From assembly GCF_018350175.1 (NCBI RefSeq), contig NC_058368.1, positions 83,454,001 to 83,518,000 on the forward strand: a DNA stretch of 64,000 nt. The letters are read 5' to 3'. A program made the position numbers and the translations under genes. The notes beneath the pieces were generated by a model. The model did not search any database, was not told the DNA's origin, and saw nothing but the letters and a program-made list of their open reading frames with translations. Of this stretch, positions 1 to 8,536 are shown piece after piece (the first letter of the stretch is position 1; each line of letters starts with the position of its first letter). Source of the DNA: Felis catus. Its lineage: Eukaryota.

Positions 1-187
1 TCAAGTCTGGGATTGTGATGCCTTCTGCTTTGGTTTTCTTTTTGAACATCACTTTGGCTATTCAGGGTCTTTTCTGGTTCCATATAAATTTTAGGATTAT
101 TTGTTTTATCTCTGTGAAGAATGCTCATGTTGTTTTGATAGGGATTGCATTGAATATGTAGATTGCTTTGGGTAGTATCGCCATTTT
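1..187 (-). mobile_element. L1 ORF2 fragment, left part of the inverted 5' segment of a 5'-inverted L1 that is interrupted by the ERV retrocopy
   Basis: Reverse complement encodes ORF2-like ...KAEGITIPDL. The sequence continues seamlessly at 4001 across the TSD. Confidence 0.9.
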
Positions 188-202
188 ATTTTATTTTTTT
201 TT

Positions 203-592
203 CAATAAATTGGGGTTTTACTTCCCACTTCCATTCCCCATCATTGGAGGTAACACAACTCCAGGCTGCGCAATAGAGGGTTTCAAACCCTCCACATGTG
301 TGCCTCATCGCCCCCGTCCTAAATCCTGGACATGCATAAAATCCATTTCTACTTATTGATACCCTCCTTTGCAGTTGCCTCCATTTACCTCCTTCCATTT
401 CTTCTAATGGACTAACTTTTTCTAAATTAAAATATAAATCTGGCCACCAGGTATTTAATGGGGCAGTTCCTAGGGTTTTGTTGTAGATTTCATGAGTCTC
501 TAAGTAATTTCCCATGTCAAATTATAGGGGGTGTGCAGGTTTGGATTTACAGACAGAATTTGCAGAACAATCAAGAGGAGGGCAAGTACCAT
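203..592 (-). pseudogene. env: Truncated gamma-type env (signal peptide plus N-terminal SU/receptor-binding region), frameshifted near codon 30
   Basis: MVLALLLIVLQILSVNPNLHTPYNLTWEIT, then in another frame TWWPDLYF...FYACPG...TCGG...YCAAWSCVTSNDGEWKW (MLV/PERV-like SU motifs). Ends at the poly(A) tail. Confidence 0.85.
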
Positions 593-594
593 AG

Positions 595-2352
595 TTACGG
601 CTCAGTCCGTTGGCGGCGTAGGGTCAATTTTAAAGGATTGTCCTTAGTCCGATCAACAGTCCAGGTTGCCTTTGAAGGTCCAATGAGGTCTGAGAATGGG
701 TCCACTGGTTTGGCGTGGGTGTAATGGATCCAGGAGGTGATTCCGTCTACTTTGATGGCCGTAGGCATTGTCAGGATGACCTGGAAGGGTCCTTTCCACC
801 TGGGTTCCAGAGTCTCCTGCCGATGACATTTGATGGGGACCCAATCCCCCGGTCAGAATTGAGGAATAGGCGGGGGTCCAGTCTCATAAAGTTCTTTTAA
901 CTTGGGCCATACATCTTCATGGACCCTCTGCAAGGCTTGTAGGGAGAACAAGAGTTCAAGACCATTATCATTCTCAGTTTTGACAAGGTCATCTTTTAGG
1001 TAAGGGATGATGGGGGGTGGTTTACCATGCATTATTTCATAGGGTGTGAGTCTCAGTTTGTATGGGGAGTTACGCACCCTGAACAGAGTGTAGGGGAGAA
1101 GGACTGCTCAATTAGTACCAGTCTCCATGGTCAATTTGGTTAGGGTCTCTTTTAATGTTCTATTCATTCTCTCTACCTGTCCTGAGCTTTGGGGTCGGAA
1201 TGCACAATGTAATTTCCAATCAGCCCCAAGTATGGAAGCCAGTCCCTGACTTACCTTAGAGACGAATGCAGGTCCATTGTCTGACCCTATCATTACTGGA
1301 AAACCATACCTGGGCAGGATTTCTTCTAGGATCTTTTTGGCTACAATCTGTGCCGTTTCATTCTTGGTTGGAAAGGCTTCAGTCCATCCTGAAAAGGTAT
1401 CTACAAAAACTAGCAAATACTTATATCCATATTTTCCTGGTTTTACCTCAGTGAAATCTACTTCCCAATAGGTCCCCGGTCTGCTCCCTCTTTGTCTTAC
1501 CCCTGTTGTCTGAGGATTGCTACTTGCATTGTTGAGTTGGCACACTGTACATTTAGTGACTACTTGATCGACCTTATCAGAGACATTTCTGATTTTTAGT
1601 CCAGTCTGTCTCAGTAAGTCCAACATTCGCCGGGAACCTAAGTGGGTGCTGCGATGGATCCGCTCTAGAACTTGCCATCCTAGTTTATCTGGGAGTATAA
1701 TGCTGCTTTTGGAGTCTCTCCACCAGCCATCTTTGATCCGGGTCATAGGAAGTTTACGCATCCATTGAATGTCGCTTTCTGAATACTCAGGGCTGGGGGG
1801 CAATTCCCGGGGTCCGGGGTCTGGCAGCTGTAGGGTCAGCAATTGTGCTGGGGGCCAAGCTATGTTTTTTTTTTTTTTTTTTTTTTTTTGCAGTCTGATC
1901 GGCCAAATTGTTGCCCCGGGAAACTGGGTTGGTTGTCTTCTGGTGTCCTGGGCAATGCACAATCGCTAGCTTTTTGGGTTCCCATAAGGCTGCTAGCAGG
2001 GCTAGAATCTCTTCCTTATTTTTGATGTCTTTCCCTTCAGCTGTGAGGAGCCCCCGTTCTCTGTATATCACCCCATATACATGAGCGGTGGCAAAGGCAT
2101 ATCGGCTATCAGTGTACACGGTTAGCTTTCGGTCTCTTCCTAATTTTAGGGCCTGGGTTAAGGCTATTAGTTCAGCCTCGTGGGCCGAGGTTGGGGGGGG
2201 GGGGTTGGGCTTCTGCCCAAACCACCTTGGTTTCTGAAGTTACGGCCGCCCCCGCATACCTTTGTCCCTGGTGAAGGAAGCTGCTTCCATCGGTGAACCA
2301 GATGGCATCCGCATCCGATAATGGTTGGTCCTGCAAGTCCTCCAGGACCCCT
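595..2352 (-). pseudogene. pol: pol 3' part: RNase H plus integrase, disrupted
   Basis: [27 protein letters not shown] and HCPGHQK (RNase H). HHCC zinc finger, WEVDFTE/SDNGPAF/ERMNRTLKE (DDE) and EPRWKGPF (IN C-terminus). Stop at 1108-1110; frameshifts near 855, at T25 (1865-1889) and at G12 (2193-2204). Confidence 0.93.
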
Positions 2353-2499
2353 TTGCCCTGTCCGGCGGCTCCTGCCAAGGCCCAGTCGCGCGCGGGGCTG
2401 CGCCCCGGGGATGCGTGCCGCAGCAGCTGCCCGCGGGACGCCACGTTGTCACCCGCTGCTGCGCGAGCTGCGGCCCCGCCCCCGCTCCCCGCTGGCGAT
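2353..2499. other. GC/CpG-rich segment of non-viral appearance replacing the RT domain
   Basis: About 147 bp with about 22 CpG (hand count) and a GC box ccccgcccc, lying between protease end QIHFQPG and RNase H start (GV)LEDLQDQPL. No RT motif is present. Confidence 0.75.
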
Positions 2500-2814
2500 C
2501 CCCCGGTTGGAAATGAATTTGGGCCCCCATTTTGGTAAGCAAATCCCTCCCCAACAGGGGGCAGGGGCTGTCGGGAATGACCAGGAAGGAGCGGGTTACC
2601 TTCCCAGTTCTTAGGTCCACAGTCCTCTGAGTTGTCCAGGGGTACATCTTTATTCCAGTGGCCCCTTGTACCCAGGATGATTTTTCAGATACTTTTCTAT
2701 GGGGCTTGACCAGAACTGAGTGATGTGCCCGGTATCAAGTAGGAACTGGACCGGGGTCCCCTACACTTGCAATGTTACCCTAGGTTCGGGGAGGGGATCC
2801 GAACCCCGTCCTCC
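2500..2814 (-). pseudogene. pro: Gammaretroviral protease, disrupted
   Basis: [28 protein letters not shown], then a frameshift, then [26 protein letters not shown]. Confidence 0.9.
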
Positions 2815-2817
2815 CTA
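2790..2817 (-). promoter_or_regulatory. gag-pol UAG readthrough signal (start of the pseudoknot)
   Basis: UAG GGAGGACG GGGUUCGG AUCCCCUCC CCGAACCU resembles the MLV UAG, 8-nt spacer and stem arrangement. Confidence 0.75.
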
Positions 2818-3771
2818 TTCTGTATCTTGGGTAAACAGTATGGGGGCTATTTTAGGCTGCCATTGTCCTTGGCCTTGTTTCTTCTTGGGGCATTCTCGTA
2901 TCCAATGGCCTTTTTCTTTACAATAGGCACATTGATCTTTATCTAAGTGCTGCCTGGGAGGGCGTGTTGTTTGAGTGCCTTCTGGGGGTGGCTGTTCTTT
3001 CTGGACTATAGCAGCCAGGACTTTAGTCATTTTCTCTGTGGCCTTGATCTGTCTCTCTTCTGGGGCGTCCCTGTTGTTGTAGACCCATTGCGCTATATGG
3101 AGCAGATCCTGGATCTGTTTACCTTCTAAATCCTCTAGACTTTGGAGTTTTATTTTAATGTCAGGAGCTGCTTGGTTTACAAAGGACATAACAACAGCAG
3201 CCTGGTTCTCAGGGACTTCTGGATTCATGGGGGTAAACTGTCTAAAGGCTTCCATTAATCTAAGTAAGCAGCTGGACTCTGCCTTTCCCTGTACGACCGA
3301 ATATACCTTAGCCAAATTGGTGGGCTTGTGAGCTGCAGCCCGGAGACCCACCATCAGAGTCTGGTGATAAATGAGTAGCCTTCCCCTACCTTCTGCAATG
3401 TTGTAGTCCCATTCGTCCTGTGGAGGTCTGGTTAGGGGGAAAGTCGCATTAATGAGGCCAGGGTTAGATGTCGGCTGACCGTCGTCTCCGGGAACCAGCT
3501 TTCTTGCTTCTAATTGGATCCTCTCTCGCTCCTCTGTAGTGAACAGGATGCGGAGGAGCTGCTGACAGTCGTCCCAGGTGGGCTTAGGGGTTATAGGGAA
3601 GCAAAAAGTTCCTTCGGTTGGCCATCCAATGCTGAAGGTTGGCCATTCAGAGCGGCAGAGGGTTATTAATTTTCCCCTCCGGATGTCTAGACTCAAATTC
3701 TGTCCTCTGGTTCTAACATCCCTGAAGTTAGCAATGAGGAGAGAAAGGGGAGTGCTTTGAGATTGGCCCAT
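2815..3771 (-). CDS. gag: Open 318-aa internally deleted Gag (63 aa of MA fused to CA lacking its N-terminus, plus NC)
   Basis: MGQSQSTPLSL myristoylation start; WPTF.IGWP.EGTF (MA); PTWDDCQQLL..LFT.EER (CA); CAYCKEKGHWIREC (CCHC zinc knuckle). No stop until the UAG at 2815. Expression is unknown. Confidence 0.8.
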   Translation of the reverse strand: MGQSQSTPLSLLIANFRDVRTRGQNLSLDIRRGKLITLCRSEWPTFSIGWPTEGTFCFPITPKPTWDDCQQLLRILFTTEERERIQLEARKLVPGDDGQPTSNPGLINATFPLTRPPQDEWDYNIAEGRGRLLIYHQTLMVGLRAAAHKPTNLAKVYSVVQGKAESSCLLRLMEAFRQFTPMNPEVPENQAAVVMSFVNQAAPDIKIKLQSLEDLEGKQIQDLLHIAQWVYNNRDAPEERQIKATEKMTKVLAAIVQKEQPPPEGTQTTRPPRQHLDKDQCAYCKEKGHWIRECPKKKQGQGQWQPKIAPILFTQDTE

Positions 3772-3830
3772 CTGTATCCGATCGGTCTCAGGGACGACCT
3801 GTTGACTTGGGGTCTGGTGGGCTTGGGGGG

Positions 3831-3848
3831 ATCCCGGACAAGTGCCCA
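3831..3848 (-). promoter_or_regulatory. Primer binding site, tRNA-Pro type
   Basis: TGGGCACTTGTCCGGGAT matches the tRNA-Pro PBS TGGGGGCTCGTCCGGGAT at 15/18 and follows U5 ...CA-TT. Confidence 0.8.
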
Positions 3849-3850
3849 AA

Positions 3851-3985
3851 TGATATGCCCCAATTCGAGAGACCCCCCGAAAACAAACTGCCAGAGTCCA
3901 GAGTCAAAGCCAAGCGGCAAGGGTCGTTTATTGCAGGTTCGAACCCAGTCCTCAGCGCACTCATTGCCGGTGACGCTAAGAGGCC
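3851..3985 (-). promoter_or_regulatory. R-U5 portion of the 5' LTR (no U3)
   Basis: 135 nt containing AATAAA (3927-3932) and ending ...GGGGCATATCA before the PBS. Directly abuts the TSD. Confidence 0.8.
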
Positions 3986-4000
3986 TAGTATCGACATTTT

Positions 4001-4612
4001 AACAATATTTGTTCTTCCTACCCAGGAGCATGAAATCTTTTCCCTTTTTTTGTGTCTTCTTCAATTTCTGTCATAAGCTTTCTATAGTTTTCAGCATATA
4101 GATTTTTCACCTCTTTGGTTAGATTTATTCCTAGGTATTTTATGGTTTTTGGTGCAACTGTAAATGGGATTGATTCCTTGATTTCTCTTTCTGTTGCTTC
4201 ATTGTTGGTGTATAGGATTGCAACCGATTTCTGTGCGTTGATTTTATATCCTGCAACTTTGCTGAATTCATGAATCAATTCTAGCAGTTTTTTGGTGGAA
4301 TCATTTGGGTTTTCCATATAGAGTATCATGTCATCTGAGAAGAGTGAAAGTTTGACCTCCTCATGGCTGATTTGGATGCCTTTTACTTCTTCCTATTGTC
4401 TGATTGCAGAGGGTAAGACTTCCAATACTATGTTGAATAACAGTGGTGAGAGTGGACATCCCTGTCTTGTTTCTGACCTTAGGGGGAAAGCTCTCAGTTT
4501 TTCCCCATTGAGGATGATATTAGCATTGGGTTGTTCATATGTGGCTTTTATGATCTCAAAGTATGCTCCTTCTATCCCTACTTTTTTGAGGGTTTTTATC
4601 AATAAAGGATGC
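4001..4612 (-). mobile_element. L1 ORF2 (RT region), inverted 5' segment
   Basis: ORFs ..[16 protein letters not shown].. and [18 protein letters not shown].. Confidence 0.92.
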
Positions 4613-6040
4613 TGTGTTCATCAAGACATTATGGTACTGGCACAAGAACAGACACTCAGATCAATGGAACAGAATAGAGAACCCAGAAATGGACCCACAA
4701 ATGTATGGGCAACTAATCTTTGACAAAGCAGGAAAGAATATCTAATGGAATAAAGACAGTCTCTTCTGAAAGTGGTGCTGGGAAAACTGGACACCAGCAT
4801 GCGGAAGAATGAACCTGGACCACTTTCTTACACCATACACAAAAATAAACTCAAAATGGATGAAAGACCTCAATGTAAGACAGGAAGCCATCAAAATCCT
4901 CAAGGAGAAGCAGGCAAAAACCTCTTTGATCTTGGCCGCAGCACCTTCTTACTCAACACGTCTCTGGAGGCAAGGGAAACAAAAGCAAAAATGAACTACT
5001 GGGATCTCATCAAAATAAAAGGCTTATGTGCAGTGAAGGAAACAATCAGCAAAACTAAAAGGCAACCAACAGAATGGGAGAAGATATTTGCAAACGACAT
5101 ATTAGATAAAAGGGTTAGTATCCAAAATCTATAAAAAACTTATCAAACTCAACACCCAAAAAACAAATAATCCAGTGAAGAAATGGGCAAAAGACATGAA
5201 GAAACACTTCTACAAAGACATCCAGATGGCCAACTGACACATGAAAAAATGCTCAACGTCACTCATCATCAGGGAAATACAAATCAAAACCATAATGAGA
5301 TACCACCTCACACCTGTCAGAATGGCTAACATTAACAACTCAGGCAACAACAGATGTTGGCATGGATGCGGAGAAAGAGAATCTCTTTTACATTGTTGGT
5401 GGGAACACAAGCTGGTGCAGCCACTCTGGAAAACAGTATGGAGGTTCCTCAAAAACTACAAATAGAACTACTCTACGACCCAGCAATTGCACTAGTTAAT
5501 ATTTATCTAAGGGATACAGGTGTGCTATTTTGAAGGGACACATTCAGCCCCAGGTTTATAGCAGCACTATCAACAATAGCCAAAGTATGGAAAGAGCCCA
5601 AATGTCCATCGAAGGATGAATGGATAAAGATGTGATATATATATATATATATATATATTCCTCGGCAATCAAAAAGAATGAAATCTTGCCATTTGCAACT
5701 ACCAGGATGGAACTGGAGGGCATTATGCGAAGTGAAATTAGTCACAGAAAGATAAATATCATATGAATTCACTCATATGAGGACTTTAAGAGACAAAACA
5801 GATGAACGTAAGAAAAGGGAAACAAAAATAATTTAAAAACAGGGAGAGGGACAAAACAAAGAGACTCATAAATATGGAGAACAAACTGAGGGTTATGGGA
5901 GGGTTGTGGAAGGGGGAATGGGCTAAATGGGTAAGGGGCACTAACGAATCTACTCCTGAAATCATTGTTGCACTATATGCTAACTAATTTGGATGTCAGT
6001 TAAAAAAAATAAAGAAATACAAGTTAGAATAAAAAAAAGA
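4613..6040 (+). mobile_element. L1 3' segment (ORF2 C-terminus, 3' UTR, A tail)
   Basis: [17 protein letters not shown] and [18 protein letters not shown] motifs; A-rich tail at about 6001-6040. Confidence 0.92.
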
Positions 6041-6355
6041 AATTACAAATTCAATAGAAAACACTAATATCAGACCTGATCTAACAGAGAAAGAACTTGT
6101 GAGCCAAAAATAATTTGAAATTATCCAGTGAGAACAGAAAAAAAAAATAAAACAAAAAGAATGACAAAAAATGAAGACATCCTATGTGAGTTATGGGAAA
6201 TTGTGAAAAAAACAACAAAACAATGTATACATTATTTGGTGATCCCAGAATGAAAATAAAGAGAGAGGGGCAGGAAACTTCATCTAAGTTCATGATTATT
6301 ATGAATCTCCAAACGTTTTATTCAGTAACTTAAATAATAAAATATTAATCAATTT

Positions 6356-6573
6356 ATTTTATTTTATTTTTTAAAGTTTATTTATTTTTGAAACAGAGAG
6401 AGACAGAGCATGAATGGGGGAGGGTCAGAGAGAGGGAGACACAGAATCCGAAACAGGCTCCAGGCTCTGAGCTGTCAGCACAGAGCCTGACGCAGGGCTC
6501 GAACTCATGGACCGTAAGATCATGACCTGAGCTGAAGTCGGCCGCTTAACCGACTGAGCCACCCAGGCACCCC
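6356..6573 (-). mobile_element. Can-SINE (SINEC_Fc-like)
   Basis: tRNA-derived head, (CT)n and A tail; perfect TSD aatattaatcaattt at 6341-6355 and 6574-6588. Confidence 0.95.
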
Positions 6574-7044
6574 AATATTAATCAATTTAAAATAAAACTG
6601 TTAAAATTGAACAGAGGAAGTTTTAAAGCTTGAAGGGAAAAATACATTTACAAGGAATCCTCATAAAGCTGTCAGTGAATATTTCAGCAGAAAACTTGCA
6701 GGCCAGATAAAGTTATAAAATATCCAAAGTGCTAAAAGGAAAAAAAAACTGCTAACCAAGAAAACTGTACCCACCAAATGTATCTTTCAAAAATGACCAT
6801 GATAAAGACTTAACAAGACAAAAAAAAAAAAAATGTTCAGGGGCTTATTACCACTACCCCTTCCTTATAAGAAAAGCTGAAAGGACATCTTTAAGTTTAA
6901 ATAAAAGAACACTAATAAGAAACTTGAAAACATCTGGAAGTATAAAAGTTCTAAAGATAATCATATATTCAAGGTTAAAGTACTCTAATATTGTAGTATG
7001 ATAGTGTATTATCAATTAATTCTAGTATAAAAGTCAGAGGAATA

Positions 7045-7281
7045 GTGCCTGGGTGTCTCAGTCAGTTAGGTGTCCAATTCTCGATTTCAACTCAGGTCAT
7101 GATTTCACCGTTGGTGAGTTTGAGCCTCATATCGGGCTCTGTGCTGATAGCATGGAGCCTGCTTGGGATTCTCTCTCTCGCTCTTTCTCTGCCTCTCCCT
7201 TGCTAATGCTCTCTCTGTCTCTGTCTCTGTCTCTCTCACACACACAAAATAAATGCATAAAACTTTAAAATTAAAAAAAAA
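7045..7281 (+). mobile_element. Can-SINE
   Basis: gtgcctgggtgtctcagtcagtt head, (CT)n and aaataaa tail. Confidence 0.9.
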
Positions 7282-8536
7282 TAAAGGAAAATTAAAAAAA
7301 TAAATACAACTACTATAATTCAATAATAAATATATAATATAAAAAGAGGTAAGTTGTGATATATAAAACATATGAAAAATGGTACTAAAAACGGTAGAGT
7401 ATTTCTATGCAAATATAGATAAGTTTTCATTACCTTAACATAGACTGGTATAACTATAGGATATTTTATATTAGCCTCAAGGTAAACACAAAACACAAAC
7501 TTACAAATGATCAATAACAACAACAACAACAACAAAAGTGAACCAAAGTACACTGAGATGTAAAATCATCATTCACAAAGGAAGACAGAAAGAGAAGAAA
7601 GTACAAAATAAGAAAGATCAGGAGAAAAAAAAAATGAATGAGATAGGAGTAGTAAGTCCTTAAGTATAAATACTTATTTTAAATATGAATGTATTAAATT
7701 CTTTGATAAAAAAAACATAGAGTCACTAAATGGATTAGATAAAAGATTGAGCTATATGCTGCCTACAAAACACTCACTTCAGCTTTAAGAAAACATGTAG
7801 GTTCAAAGTGAATGGAAGGAAAAAGTTATTCCATGCAAATGGAAACCAAAAGAGAATAGGGGAAGCTATAATTATATTAGACAAAATAGATTCTAAGTAA
7901 GAAAACCGAATAAAGGCACACAACAGGTCAACATACAATATACAGGAAATAATCATTCAATACTATATAACTGGTAAATATATATGCACCTAACATTGGA
8001 GCAACCAAATATAGTAAGTAAATTCTAAGAGAAAAAGGGAGAAATAGACGACAATACAATAATAGTAATAGACTTAAGTAAACCATTCAACAATGGAAAC
8101 ATTGTCAAGACAGAAATTCAATATGGAAATATTGCACTTACACAATGCTTTAGAACAAAAAACTTAGTAGACAAATCCCAGACAATCCAAACACAGTAAT
8201 ACAATACACATTCTTCTCAAACACACACAAAATATTTTCCATAAGCAAGTCTTACTAAAGTTAAGAAGATTAAAATCATAACAAATATTATTTCTGACCA
8301 CTATGGTTTGAAACAGAAATCAACAATATGAGGAAATCCGGAAAACTTACAAATATGTGAAAACTAAATGACACACACATAAAAACCAATGGGCAAAGGA
8401 AGGAATCAATTGTGAAATCAAGGAATATCACAAAACAAGTTAAAATGGGAAAACAACATACCCAAACCTATGGGATGCTGGAAAAGAAACTTAAGGGGAA
8501 TTTTCTATCAATAAATGCATGTATTAAAACCTTATA

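Larger units (their letters stand above)
188..3985 (-). mobile_element. LTR-less processed retrocopy of a gammaretroviral ERV RNA: R-U5-PBS-gag-pro-[RT deleted]-RNaseH-IN-5' env-poly(A)
   Basis: TSD tagtatcg(c/a)catttt at 173-187 and 3986-4000 (14/15 identical). A-rich tail at 188-202. Minus-strand target gtt/AAAA. Gag, Pro, IN and Env motifs present. No U3 and no 3' LTR. Confidence 0.9.
6041..8535 (+). mobile_element. Old degraded L1 (ORF1 3' part and ORF2 endonuclease), interrupted by SINEs
   Basis: Recognisable L1 text, e.g. atatgctgcctacaaaacactcacttcag and tttctgaccactatgg; many stops. Confidence 0.75.

Noticed and set aside
2172..2647. Several overlapping ORFs across the GC-rich insert
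   Set aside because: Stop-poor GC-rich DNA; the chimeric frames have no recognisable host protein and pro is not fused in frame to RNase H.
3772..3849. 26-aa N-terminal extension of Gag in the ORF track (glyco-Gag-like)
   Set aside because: It starts at a TTG overlapping the PBS and is open only because the leader is shortened; there is no signal-anchor segment.
188..3985. Interpretation as an ordinary decayed provirus
   Set aside because: No U3, no 3' LTR or PPT; the 15-bp TSD and poly(A) fit L1-mediated insertion.
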